A DNA stretch of 64,000 nt from Somniosus microcephalus (Eukaryota): NCBI GenBank assembly GCA_052327205.1, contig CM126217.1:44454001-44518000 (forward strand), written 5' to 3'. The translations under genes and the position numbers were made by a program. Positions 12,919 to 26,420 of the stretch are shown here, in pieces. The stretch's first letter is position 1. The number at the start of each line of letters is the position of its first letter. A model generated the notes under the pieces. It was not told the origin of the DNA. It saw only the letters and a program-made list of their open reading frames with translations, and did no database searches.

Positions 12919-15161
12919 GTACACTGTGTTGAAATGTTAGTGTTAGTGTTTTATAAATAAATAATTCATCATCTTGTATTGGATATGAACCAATAGTTAA
13001 CTGATCTGGGATCTGTTCCATGCATGTTACTGAGGAGAAATAGGCAAAGCCATCCCATTTCATTTGGCCTTGACAAATGTAGATCTGATCTAAATCGACA
13101 GCCAACTCAGATTAAAGGTAATCCCTAAGTAACTGATTTATAAGTGAAATTCTGACAAGCAGTGCATCCCTCAGTACAATGTCACAGTTTACATTATTGC
13201 CTTTACTCTAAATGAACTGCCCTGCTGATGATGTCAAAAAGTGATTCATAGCCTTATCCATCACATTGTCCAATTCATGAGATTGTTGATTGGAGTAGTT
13301 AATTTGATAAATGGGGAATAAGAATTTGGGCTTTAAAACAAAGGACAGATTCAGACTTTTAATATAGTGCTCTGAGTGACACACTGTTAGAACTCCCTGC
13401 CGTTATCTTGGGGATTCGTTTTAAAGATGAATGGGCAAATTAAATCAACTTGAAAATGTTCAGAATGTGAAAAAATTAAATCTAAATTTGCTGCCTCCTA
13501 AATCATACGTCTAGATCGTTCATGGTAGTGTCCCATGTATGAAACCTGCAATTCTCAACCACAATTGGCATTGTGAGTCAACTTGTCAAGCAATAGGCAA
13601 AGTTCATCCAGTCCACGTGATCCAATTCCCCAGGGCAAACATGCATGGAGAGTGGCAGTCAAGAAAAGCGAAACTTTTAGGGTCCGTTCAGTAGATAATT
13701 ATGTTAAAATGTGTGTTCCACACTAACTATCCTGATTGTTTCTGCTCAATCACTGATGTAAAGATAGCAGTGGGAAACTGATGATGTTCTCCAGTAACGT
13801 GTTACATGGCTTTAGATTACAATATAATGTCTCGGATGTAGCAGTCCACACACATTCAGTTTTCGGTAGTTTTCCACTGCAGCACTGCCATATATCATTA
13901 AGTGAATGGAGTCAGCATATAAATGGAAGAATGAGAGCCTCCAGTCTGAGTGTGGCTTAGTCCTTATCTGATAACCAATGTGTTTACATCACATGAGGAT
14001 CACAGTGGTGAATTTACAGCAGTTGCACTGGAGGAGACAATTTTCTCATATTAGGATACGTTTACAGACAAAAAAACTAGTAGTATTTTGTAAACAGTAT
14101 GAAAATCACAATGCAGGATGGAGGAGGCACTCTTAATTGTGTCCAGCTAATGTGCAGTTTGAGAAACATTCAAAATTAAATGTTATGCTTTCTATGTTTC
14201 ATATTAATATATTATGAAGATACAAAGAATTGGTCAAAATAATTGGATGCTGCTGTTATTATGTAACTTAGCAATATTGGTTCTACCAATTGTTGCATTT
14301 TTGCTGATTGATGTAGATTGATCCTTTTTAAATTACATTTAAATGAAGGTGAGTGAAGGTCATGGGTGCAGAGTGATGCTCTTGTGCTAGTGTTGGTGAC
14401 TTTAGTGAACATACTGATCTTACTATTAACTGAAAGTGAAGCAACTTAGTCTTGTTCTTCATTTTGTTACACGAACATTAGAAGGTAGGAAAAAGGAAAA
14501 TCCATTCAAACCTTAGCCTATTTGTTTCCATGTTCAGGACCTCCTTGGACTATTTTTTATCCCTTCACCTCTGGGTATCAAGTTTTTATCTCTCTGCTTC
14601 CTATTGAATTAGTTTTTGAATGCTTCAATTAAGTTTGCACTCACTGCTAATTCACAAGTTAACAACTCTTAAATGTGAAATAGACATACTTAGCTGGAGG
14701 TTCCCTTAGCTTTTAATTGAGTCCCTTTACTTATTTTCTTTTGGTCCTGTAGAAAGAGTTTAATTGAAACTGAACATCTTTGCTTGAAGCCCTGTTCTCA
14801 TGTAAGCTACAAGGGTCTACTGCTGGACAAGGATACCGTACTGTGCCTGAGTTTGAGATACATTCTTGAATTATGAGCTCAGGGAAATGGTGTCGATAAA
14901 AGGCTAGTTACAGGAGGCACACTTTGGAATAGGATATCCTGGGCACTGAGCACATACAGGAAAATGCACAATTGACATTTTTGCTACTGAAGGACCTCTT
15001 AAAGAAAACCAAAACTACAACAAAAAACCTTTGGGACATTTCTCTGCTGTAACAAAAAAAGTTTCTTTTTGGTTGCCATGTATGTTATTCTTGTTAACTT
15101 TTATTATGAATTTGAAGATTTCATATTTCTGTTTGCACAATGTTTCACTTTACTCCTGTAG

Positions 15162-15500
15162 GCTGGTGTTTGTAAAGGTGCCAACTCTCAGACATCAGCG
15201 AGGCAAAGTGGCACCTCATTTGTTTTGAGCAATATCAATATAAAAAGATGTCGTCTCTATGATTTGCATTTACAATATATACTCATTTAAATTTAAGTTA
15301 TGTATAACTATTTTTATTTTAAGAAATAACAGTGTATTAAGCTGCTTCCCCCTGCCTTGATTCAGATATTTAGCTTTCTAGGAATCAGACTTTTGTATAA
15401 TTGTGGGTGTTAAAACTTTTGGGCAGGCAGTATTGATATGTCCTTGCTATTAAAGTCTTTCATTTGGGCTTTAATAAAAATATATTTAACCAAAAGTTTT
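15162..15500 (+). other. Candidate last exon/3'UTR of the upstream gene
   Basis: Acceptor TTTCACTTTACTCCTGTAG|G, U-rich UTR with TGTATA elements, ATTAAA at 15449 and AATAAA at 15473. Confidence 0.5.
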
Positions 15501-15530
15501 GCTTGTAAGTTTCTTTGTGTTTTATTTATA
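15473..15530 (+). terminator. Poly(A) signal with downstream GU/U-rich element
   Basis: AATAAA 15473-15478 followed about 30 nt later by TTTCTTTGTGTTTTATTT. Confidence 0.55.
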
Positions 15531-15989
15531 TTTTTATTATATTACTAGCAAATGTGCTGTGGTGCACCACACGGCAAATGAAATGAGGTGAGGTTTGAAA
15601 GATGAGCAATATTATATGATGGTAAGTTTAGGTGTATGTCCCTTTAACGCTGCAATTAAATACCAGGTGATGTCATACAACCATCAATTACGAGACTGCA
15701 GACATTCAGCCTCCATTATTTTGTACTCCTAAGCAGTTACTTTGTTTCTTTATACTTTCTTTAAAGTGTGACGCACAAAATTGAGCACAACATTTGACGT
15801 GTGACAGAAAGGAAATAGTTGTAACATTTTTTGTTTTTTTTATATATATTTCTTCCTTCACTTACTAGCATCATAAACAGGAAGTGCTGTCTGCTGCCCC
15901 TTTTGGTAGATCCTGTACAAAATGGCTGTTCCAAGGCTGCCTCTAATGCCAATTTAAGGCATGTGGCATTGAAGGAAATGTAGCCACAG

Positions 15990-16570
15990 GATGGCTGAAA
16001 AACAGAAAGTAGAGGTAAATAGATGTTTTCATATTAGCAAGATTTGGGTAGTGGGTGCCCAGGGAAATGTGCTGGCACATTTTTTACCTTTAATTTCAAC
16101 ATAGGCATCTGAGGAATTATATCAAAGTTTGCTTATGACATTATGACAAATTGTGAGGAAGATTCCAGGAGGACATAATAGGTTAGTAGAATGAGCAGTT
16201 AGGTGGGAGATGCAGTTCAATGCAGGGAAATTTGAACTAGTACGTCCTAAATGTAATATTCTTAACAGAGTAGAGGAACAGAGATATGTAAATCTTTAAA
16301 GATGGGCGAGAAGGCAGAAAAAGACAAATGAATTCTGGGTTTTATATATGGATATTGAATATTTTAAAAATGATAAAATTATACAAGATATCTGTTAGGC
16401 TGCAGCTGAAGTACTGCGAGTAGCCCTGAGCGCCCATTATAGGAAGGATGCTAGAGCCAGGGAAATGGTACAGTAAAAGTTCACTAGAATGACACTGGGA
16501 ATAAGAGATTATAGTAATGAAGACTAAAAAAACTAGAGCTTTTTCACTGAAACAGTGGAGGTTAAGAAGG
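15990..16570 (+). mobile_element. Highly degraded CR1 RT fragment
   Basis: Remnants of SKFAxD, WxMQFNAGK and RLQLKYC/RPQLEYC motifs. Confidence 0.6.
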
Positions 16571-17096
16571 TTATTCAAATTATCTGTTAATTTGAATTGA
16601 AATTGTGCAAAAAAACTTTGAAAATGCATTAAAGATTTGTTGCTTAATTTGAACATTTTCATTTGACTCCTGGTTAATTTGAAATTGGATTTGAATTCTC
16701 ACCCCAAAGGTCCTGACCTATGAAATCTTCTGCTTAATTTGAATTCAACCTAATTCAAGCAGGCCAGAGCAGCTTACCCTCCTGGACTATTCAATCTCAT
16801 TTTGCTGCAACAGGCAACTGCATTCATCGAAGAGTTTGGAGGTGACCCTGTTTCTGCATCTTAAATCAGTGCTTCAAAAACTATGCTGGTCGACGTTTGG
16901 GGATGCAACTGATGTTACCACAAAAAGTGTCAACAACTGCATGCTTGATAAAATTCTGGAAATTTATCTCACTCTAAGCTCACTTCTTTTAATGCTGGTG
17001 GAAGTTGTCTTTTGAACCAGCTTCATCCAATCAGAATGCAGCGTTTATTAATGAAAACTGCTTAAATTGGAAAGTAGCTAAGCAGTGAATTGTGCT

Positions 17097-17195
17097 ATAA
17101 TAAAAACAGAAAATGCTGGAAATACTCAGCAGGTCAGGCAGCATCTGTGAAGAGAGAAACAGAGTTAACGTTTCAGGTCGATGACCTTTCGTCAG
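17097..17195 (-). mobile_element. Short Penelope-like element terminal fragment with a hammerhead ribozyme core
   Basis: Minus strand CTGACGA-A-AGGTC-ATC-GACCT-GAAA-CGTT; flanked by the 14-bp direct repeat CAGTGAATTGTGCT (17083-17096 and 17193-17206). Confidence 0.8.
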
Positions 17196-17214
17196 TGAAT
17201 TGTGCTGATGGTTT

Positions 17215-17910
17215 TTGGTAGCGGGCCTGTGCGGGATGGGAAGGAAGCTACTGGGACTGACAATTACAGCCCCCACCCCGCCCCGTGTTTTTACGGTGCT
17301 GTTATTCCGGGTGATCGGCTACGTCCCTTTGATTGAAACATAGCATCGCAAAGCAGCAATGTCACCTTGAGAGTTGACACACTCGGCTCGCGGGAAGTGC
17401 CTGTGTCTGAAAGCAGGACCTTGCTATTTACACCGGAAATTCATCCCACCAGCAGAGTTCGCGGCTGCATCTGACACAGTTAAGGATCTCACACGGGCGC
17501 CAACGATCAACTCGGAAGCAGCGAACCTCGCTGAGCCCACGAGTTATCTGTTGTAACTGCCGGCAGACACGAGTTTTGAATCTATTGTCAGTGTTGATCA
17601 GGTAGTCCTGAAATCTGGATTGCTGACCGGCAGAGAAATTGTAGATGCGGTGGACAGGAATGCTGCTGCCTGCGGGAGTGAGAATGGAGAAGTGGTGCAA
17701 GTGAGTCGGAGCAGGCGGAGGTGGATGAAGCAGCCTGTACCATGGCCATGGTTTCCAGTTTGTGCGACGGCTGAGGAAGTGGACGATAACTAAGCCAGAT
17801 GTGCCGATGGGACTTTTGTTTGGGCTACATTCTTGGTGGATGAATGTGCTTCTGGCAGAAAGCAACCCACGATTAGAGTTTTCTGTGAAATGACCAAATT
17901 TTGCGTTGCG
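17215..17910 (+). promoter_or_regulatory. CpG-rich promoter-like region with a candidate non-coding first exon
   Basis: Local CpG enrichment, GC box CCCCGCCCC at about 17276, ETS-type GGAAGT/CCGGAAAT at about 17393/17432, donor CAA|GTGAGT at 17700/17701. Confidence 0.45.
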
Positions 17911-18236
17911 CAACTTGTACAGTGTTCAAGTTGCAATAGTTGCTTTGATGTTTGATGGCATATGTTAGTGTTCTTGTAGTGTTTGGCTGTGCTGTTTAAT
18001 TAAAATGACTCAATTTGAACTATTGGATAATTCATTTAAAAATCATTTTAAAATGACAGTAGACTCTACATGGATAAGACTTTGAAGAGAAAACAGGAGT
18101 TCGGGATGTCGGAGCCTTGGCCTCAGCTCAATATCTATATCGCACTAACCATTCCTTTATGCTGTTCAGTCATGCACTCACTGATATCAAAGCTTGCATT
18201 AAACAAAGTGCCACGTCAGTACTTGGAGGTCACAGG

Positions 18237-18518
18237 CAGAGCCGGATTAAGAATTCTTGGGGCCCTGGGCACTGAGAACATTCGGGGCCCCTCCGCACTG
18301 AGCCACCGCTCAACACCACCACCAAACGTGTGGTAAAATGCATGAAGAAATAGGCCTGGACAATTCATCCACACTGCACTAATATAGCAATTGATGTAAC
18401 GTACTATGATTAAATGAAACTAATGAGCGGTTGTCTGCAGTTTTTCTGTTATGGGGAGTTCTAACAGGGGCCCGATATTTGTCTGGAGCCCCGTAGGTCC
18501 GAGCGATAGTCTGCCCTT
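18237..18518. mobile_element. Possible hAT-type MITE, degraded
   Basis: Begins CAGAGCCGGATTAAG (hAT-like terminus) with repeated GGGGCCC subterminal motifs; right end degenerate, no 8-bp TSD seen. Confidence 0.4.
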
Positions 18519-18799
18519 AGCTGCATGGCACCAAGTTGTAATAAGGACTTATTGGTTACACGTCTTCTCTTTCTGAGCCTGAAGGTTTGCCAGGAGATGC
18601 TGAGTGAAGAGTCATTGATCAGGAGCAACCATGTACCTCTCACCAAACCCTGTCATTCAATCTCACTCTGACTAGCAAAAGCACAGATACATCCACACTG
18701 GGGGAATTTCCAAGTGGGTTTGAAGGCAGGACATTGAGAGCACCACCTGGCACAGGTGAGCAACTGGAGATGGTAGAAGAGAAGCTGGAATCACCTGGT

Positions 18800-20480
18800 T
18801 ATTAAAGACGGTGCAGCAACAGAGAGACCTGGGGGTGTATGTACACAAGTCTTTGAAGGTGGCAGGGCAAGTTGAGAAGGCTGTTAAAAAGGCTTTATAA
18901 ATAGAAGCATACAGTGCAAAAGTAAGGAAGCTATGCTAAACCTTTATCATCTCATGTGGCCTCGCTATACGCTCCGTATCCATCACCAATAAGGCAATCT
19001 CTGACCATTTCCTTACATCACTCTCTACCCGTTTCCCCTTCCCCCTCCTAAACCCACTTATTTTCATATCCGCCCCGGAAAAAAACTTTCCCTCAAGTCC
19101 CTTACCACTGCACTGTCTAATTCCCAACCACCTGGCCTTTGGCCTACAATTCTTCATGACATCTCTGCAGCTACTGACTTACTAAATCACACCCTCTCCA
19201 CCACCTTTGATGCCCTTGTCTCCACTAAAATCATGAGACTCTCTTACCCTAGTCATTCCCCCGAAGTACCCCTCATCTCCACTCCCTTAAGTCCAAGAGA
19301 TGCAGACTTGAACGTCTTTGGTGAATAACGGTCTAATCTTGGCTAGATGATATAAAGCACTATGCTCTCCATCGCTAAGACCGCCCATTATTCTAAGATC
19401 ATCCAGGACGGCAAAAAATACACCAGGCTTCTCTTCACCACTAATCATCTTCTCAAACCACCCTCTTCTGCCTCCTCCTCCCTCACCTCCAACAATAAAT
19501 GTGAGGAGACCAACTCCTGCTCCTTTGATCCCCTTCCTAGTCAACTCCTGACTACTCAACTGCATTTCCTTACCCCAGTGTTCTTGTTTACCATTAATAA
19601 CCAAACAATTGGCATCTAGTGCCTTTAATGAAGGAAAACATCCCAAGGTATTTTGCAGCAGAATAAAAGCTTTAGATGGTCAGCATTTATGGATGATTTT
19701 GGAGAGGTGATCAAAAATTTGGCCAGATAGATTAATTTTGAGAAAGCTTTAAAAAGTGGGGAAGGAAGTAGAGTCAGAGGGGTTTGGGAGGGTGTTCCAA
19801 TGAGTAGAGCCAAGGAGCTGAAGGTGGATTGGAAGGAGGAGATTGTACAGGACGCCAGAGGATGCAAGAGGACAAGGGCAGCAGGTGCATGGGAGCACCA
19901 CCACCTGCAAGTCACACACCATCCTGACTTGGAAATATATCACCGTTCCTTCATCATCGCTGGCTCAAAATCTTGGAATAAACGCTGGCCCTGCCAGCGA
20001 CGCCCACATCCAATGAATTAATAAAAAAAAGAGATGTAAGTTTGCAGAGGTAGGGTGGGGTGAGGCCATGAAGAAATGTGTAGATGAAGACAAGGATTTT
20101 AAATGTGATCCACTGGGGGATGACGAGCTGTTGTAGGGCAGTGAGGATGGGAAAACAAGACTTAGTGCAGAACAGGATGCAAGCAGTGAGGTTTTGGATG
20201 GTTTGGCACTTACGGAAGATGGAGATTTGGAGGGCAGCAAAAAGGCCAAAGGAGAAGTCAAGATGAAAGCTTAGATAAGAATTTTAGTAGCAGTGTTGGT
20301 AAGGTAGGGCGGTAGCAATGTTGAAGCTAGAAGTAAGAACTCTTAATGGATCGCATGTGGGGTTCGAAACTCAGCCATGGGTAGAATAAAATGCTGAGGT
20401 TGTGTACAATCTGGTTCAAGCTGAGTGAATAGCCAGGGAAGGAGATCGAGTCAATGACAAGAAGGCAGAGGGTTTGATTC
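18800..20480. mobile_element. Cluster of CR1 and L2 fragments with a nested LINE 3' end at about 19866-20020
   Basis: CR1 QRDLGVYVHKSLKVAGQVEK (18820-18945); L2 KTAHYSKII...SCSFDPLP (+); L2 3' part (-); nested CCATCCTGACTTGGAAATATAT 3' end also seen at 33930. Confidence 0.65.
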
Positions 20481-22796
20481 ATTGATAAAAAAACAAGTTC
20501 TGTTCTGTGAATCCTCGTAAATCCCAAGTCTGTAAATTCTACTACTCCGCACTATTACCAAAATTCATCTGACGCCCAATCACGAAGCAAAATAGGTTTA
20601 CATCCCCTTGACTTTTAATTTAGAGAACTCATAAACGGAAATAGCCTTGTGTTCTAAAGAAATGTAATCTCGTATAATTAAGAGCAAAGGCACTGGACTT
20701 AACTTTCAAAATCTGTTTTTTTAATGACCAACACAATTCCGGTTCCAGTGTTGAACAAAATGAATGTTTCTTACTGGATCTTCAAAGTCAATGGTCCGCC
20801 CTAAGGATTCTTCCGCGATGCCAGCAAATGTGTTCTTAATTACACGCTCCAATGACATTTAATATCGTTTACCCTCATAACTCGATTATTTAAAAGTCCA
20901 GTTCGCAACTGCAAAGTAATTGTTGCGTTTATTTCAATGTTCTGGAGAGTGCTGTATATTTGTTCCCCGGCTGCATCTAACATCAACCGAATGGGAGAAA
21001 AAGAGCGTCAATCGCTTGTTTTCTGTCTGTACAACAGCCTGCTTAATATACTCCCAAATATCACATCCATATCAGTTCCCTGAAAGCCCATTCAAAACTC
21101 GTCGTCCTGTGACTCTCTGAAAAGACGAGAGGATGGCAATCATTCTGGTCTCAACTCCACACAAACCTATTGGGTAGAATAATTAGAAAAAAGGAGATGC
21201 TCACCCGGATCTTTGGACATCCTTTCAATTCAGGTTGCTCGTCTTCAAATCTCTTCCCATTCCATGGCAACAAGCGGTTTCAAAATAGATTTCAATGTAA
21301 TGTAATTCATTGTCATTTTTGATACTAGATTGGCTGAGCTATGCTGTACTTGTTCACAGTGACTGATATTCACGTTACCACGTTAAAGGCAGCTGTCTAC
21401 ACGGAAAAGTTTTGGCGAAATCAAAAAAGTCATAGCGTCTCTGACAAGTGATGTGATCGCGGCCCCACTTCCCGCTCCGGCACCTGTGAGAGTCCTTCTT
21501 CAAACGTTTAGAATAGAAAATGCTCTAACAGTGTGTGGAATTCTACATTTAGATACAGCATGAATGAAAAGTTGGATTAATATTAAATGCTTCCTGAAAA
21601 TCCAAATGACACTGGGGAGGGGGCGTTCGACAGTTCTGGAAAAGTAAAATATTAAAAAATGCTCGAATGTTATGCAACTAATTTAAGGTGTCTTGGTGCC
21701 GAAAAAGATCGAAAAGAGCATTTGTTGTTATTTTGATCCATTTACTCCAGAGACTTTTTTTTAATGAAAACGTTTTGTTGGGAAGTTCTCCTTCTCCTCG
21801 AGGTAGTTTCTCGGCGATGTTCTCGGAAATGAAGCGGTTAATATTCAGAATATAACCAGCTTCACATCCGCTCAGCCGCACAGTGAAACAGGATGAATGG
21901 ATGTTGGAGAAAAGAGGGACTCACATTTAACCATTTTCCAAATTACGTTGGGTGTGTTTTCTGGAATGATGCGGTTTGCCAGCGGCGCCAAATACACTGA
22001 ATTAAAATGCTTGAAATAACTAAATCCTAAAATAACGCCAAAATACAGCAATTAGTCTGTCTGTTTGAAAAGCAGCAAATCCACCAATGTGGTGACCTTC
22101 ACGGTAAACAAGCTGCGCTCCACACCATCTCAAAGGTTTTGTGAGCGAGTTTTAAAATACTCCATTCGAAATAGCGCAGGCTATAAGTAAAGGAGAGACT
22201 GTCCTTCATTCTGACCCGTTACAAAATTAGCGACAGTCCAAAGAAGAGAACGATATTTTCTGGATATACGCCCAGATCCTTGAAGATGCGGCGTTAGGGG
22301 GTTTAACTCTGCTCTGTGGACGGCCTGTCTGCTCTTTGTCTTTAAACTGGGGCTTTGAAGTTAATGAGCTAATGCTTCAGAAACAGAATTTTACACACGG
22401 AAATTGAAGAGACCAAGGGCCAGGTGACGACGGGATTGTAAAGTATGTTCATGTTTCCAAATGTCTTATGTTTGAATAACTTTTCCACTTACCTGTATTA
22501 TCTAGTTTAAATAGGACAGCGCCACCTTAGGACGTGGAGGCATATCGAAATGGTTTCTCGTGGGGTTATTTGGGAAGGAGGACACTGAATAATCCCACTG
22601 GAATAGTAGGATGTACAATGGTACTAAGTCTAATGGTAACCTGGGGTGTACATGGCACTGACAGATGAGTAATACAAACACGGCTGAAGGACAAACTCCA
22701 TAGGATCTAATCTCTATAGAATCATGGAAAGAAGCCATTATCTTAAATTCCAGTTCACCTTGGCATTGATTTATTACAGTGCACACCTCTCATGCA

Positions 22797-23130
22797 TGTG
22801 TCAGCTTGGATCAGTAATATTACTCTGGCCTGAGTCTGATGGTTGTGGACTCAAGCTCGATTACAGGACTTGAGAGCACATAAGTACTGAGAGAATGCTA
22901 CACTGGTGGAGGTGCCATCTTTGAGAGGAGACGCTAAACCTAGGCCTATCTGGCTGCTCAGGTGGCCAAAGATCCCATAGCCTTATACTATGAACAGGAA
23001 GCTCTCCAGAGGCCCTGGCCAATATTTAACTCTCAAGCATTATTTCCGCGTTTGCCTACATAATAGTAGTGCCTACATTTCAAGTAACTCATTGCGTGTA
23101 AAGCCTTTTGGGACGTGAGCGGTGCTATCT
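22797..23130 (+). mobile_element. tRNA-headed Deu-type SINE, degraded
   Basis: Head GTGTCAGCTTGGATCAGT...GGACTCAAG, body GGAGGTGCCATCTTTGAG, TTTGCCTACAT and tail CTTTTGGGACGT. Confidence 0.6.
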
Positions 23131-26100
23131 GTATTCTGTATATATTATATATATATAAGTTCTTGCTTTCGGAATTACTGCAGCACCATGTTTGACCGCC
23201 ATTGAGTTACACCATTTAAGAATATGTACTACGGAAAGTCTATTGCACAAAATAGTTTATTTGCCAAAGTTGTCCTTTGTATCAACAATGAAATTGTTTA
23301 TGGCTACTTTGAGTGCAACCTCGGTGACAACAAACTGATTATAAACCAGCCTTTAAAACAACTCCGACTCTTCCCCGGTTCCAGTAGAAGCTACACTTGT
23401 ATCAATAAAACAGCTCCAGTCTCATGAAGAGGAAGCTCCGATAAGAGTTGAGTTCATCAGGAGTTTATAATGTGAGGACGCACTGTTACTATGCTGTGGA
23501 CTGTTGCGCATTTAACAGTTTACAAATGGCGATAGGCTGCAAAGTGCTATAATTAAATCTATTGACAGTATTGTTATACTTTTTCGATTAAACATATTTT
23601 ACATTGTTATCACTTCCTCCTGTCCATTTCTGTAATATAAACAATGCAACTAATCTACTCACTTCTGATAGACTTTGATTCATTCCCGGATATTAGATAT
23701 CTCGAATGCTCAGTTTCTGTTCTACTCCTTATCTTCCAATGATCCGTTTCCTGATAAAGGTTGAGTAACTCGATTTATTTTATGAAATACCCATAAAATA
23801 TTGTTACACACATACATGTACACTTTCCATAACGGTCTCCCCTTTTAAAAATAATAGGAATTTAAGGATTAATCTCACCTGAAATAGACAAACAAACCAC
23901 CTCAGATTCATTGCACTGGAACACTATTTCATCGCACCTGCACCGTGATGATCTTTGTCATTGTACAAATTGAGAGCATGATTCTGTGCTGCAACTGTGG
24001 GATGTGCTGGTTTTGGGGAGCTCTACTCTTTGTTTCAACGTAACAAACTACAGGAGGAAAAAAACTGCATTTGTTCCTGCTGTGATCCCAAACTAGAAAT
24101 CGCATTCTATCACTGGTGTGTGACCTGGCCCCGCCATTCCAAAACCATCCAGTATTTCGTTCGCTGCTTCAATCACAAAAAACGAAATCCGAACGCTAAC
24201 TTGGCAGCAGAGATCAGACTAGATGGCGAGATAGACCGGTTCCAGGGGTTGCTTTTGATTATTCTTGTACATAAAGTGTACATTTCTTTGATATTTATTA
24301 CTTGTTTACCTGATGAATTCGTACCATCGGCAACTTTGTTTATACCCACCCAATATCATTGATTGTAGCACATGTTGGTTTGCCACGTATTGTGTAACAG
24401 CTATTGCTTCGACACAAATGAATTGTAACCTTTTATTTAATAAACTCGTCAAGAACATATTTTTTGAAACCTGGCTAGATAAGTTACATTACAACACACG
24501 TTACAACAGTGACTACACTCCAAAAGTACTTCATTGGCTGTAAAGCGCTTTGGGACGTCCGGTGGTCGTGAAAGGCGCGATAACAATGCAAGTCTTTCTT
24601 TATAAGAGGTGTAACATATATCACTCCTCCAAAAATAAACCTGTGTAAAATGTAATTGGTGTAATTAAAACAATTGTAATAACGATCTTCCATTTGCGAA
24701 GTCTTATGCGGCCATTTTCTTTAATTCAAACGTTAAATATCCCTAAATTATTCAATAATATATAAAGAGGATCGTTCATATGCCAGTTGATATATCGTAT
24801 AGTCTCCACAAAATGGACCAGTAGGCGTTATTTAAAGATAAAGGGAATAATAATGTTATATTTTGTGAAATTAATATAAATTCATTGATTAGCAAAAAAT
24901 ATATTTCTCCAAATTCGTTTCTCATTGGAACGTAGGTGTGTATTTTCCTGAACTTCGCCTTTTAAGCACAACAGGAAGCCCAATCTCCTTCTACAAAAGA
25001 TCCAGTAAAAGTGTTGGGATATCTCTTTCGCAATGCCATGTGGTTTATATGTAGATAGAACAAACAGAGGAAATTATTGACTGGCCCATCAAGATAATGC
25101 ATTAATCACAAATGAACAAGGAGCAAGGCACACGGTGTAAGTTGGCCCATTTGTTTGTATATAAGTACAAATACTGTTGTGTATAGACCTGTATGCAGAC
25201 ATGCTTATATCCATGTAGGCGTGTCCTATAATCATGTTTGCGTATTTCAGCTGTAGATATGTTTGTCTGTACATATACATGTATGTGCAAGTATAAATCT
25301 GTGTGCTCGTGTATTCGCGCGCATATATAGTAGAACTCTATATATAGATAAATATAAAATACATTTCATTACAGTATATAACAGTCCTCCAAAGCAGCAC
25401 AATACCGTACTTAAGAATAAACTATTGTCTTTGAGTAACACAGCTGATCAATAAATTGGAAGCCTATGTTCTCGAACACACGTCGTTTCACAGGGAAATA
25501 CGAATCTGACCACGAAAAGATAATTAGCGAATTCGCTTCCTAAAGAAGTCTTCAAAAGAGACTTAAACATATTGCAAAGGTGTTCAGGAAATTTAGAACT
25601 GTTCAAAATTGCTGTAAAAATTGAGGGAAATTCAAGTTTATTCTGATATGAAATTCGCTGGTATTCACTTTGTTAGAAAGGCAGGGATAAAATGTTCCAC
25701 AATTCTGTCAACAGACTGGGAGGTCCAATTTTACCCCGGTCAATCGGAAAGCCTCGGATAAAGATTTCAAGTGAAAGAAACTTAAGCAAAATCGCGTCGG
25801 AAAGCTCGGTTATGGGCACTGAACGGACGAGATAACCGAAACATTTGGATGATTTCGGAAATGTGGATGGGTACAGGACAGGCGGTGTGTGTGGCGGAGG
25901 GATGGCTGGGGAATTTGTGATGGTGAAGTGTTTTTAATTGCTTTTAACTGCTTTATTCAGGTATTATTTTCTACTTATTGTTATTGTTGGGGCGAATGAG
26001 CACAAGGTTATAACACGACCAATACCTAAAATAGAGTACCCCGAAACTCGGGAACTCTAATCTTCCCGGATTTCATTTGCAGTTTCAACCCTGATAAAAA

Positions 26101-26199
26101 TGTATCAATACTAACTCCCCCTCCCCTCTAGTTTTTTAAAGCTTTGACAGTAATACTACATTTGTTTTGTTGTGAATGACTTTAATTTATATTTGAGAT

Positions 26200-26420
26200 C
26201 CGGGCCAGTCTCGCTTTAAGGCGTTAACCTGTCACTGGGCTGCGCGCAGGGCGGCGGGGACGGCGAGTGCGCAGGCGCGGCTCTCTGTCTCAGGTAGCCG
26301 TGTGAAGTCAGCCGGACTCCGGGAGCAGCGCTTGGCTGAAACCAGTCTGCTCAACTTCAGCAGCTTGACCTCCAGCCACCGGACCTCGGCACACGGGCGA
26401 GGACAATGTCTCCTGCACAA
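26200..26420 (+). promoter_or_regulatory. CpG-island core promoter
   Basis: Dense CpG; NRF1-like TGCGCAGGCGCG at 26267-26278; GGGCGG GC box; followed by long 5'UTR-like sequence. Confidence 0.65.

Noticed and set aside
17428-17913. 161-aa minus-strand ORF in the CpG-rich region
   Set aside because: Non-ATG start, no recognisable domain; expected by chance in GC-richer DNA.
22514-22523. REST/RE1 site GGACAGCGCC
   Set aside because: Only the right half-site; the TCAGCACC half is missing.
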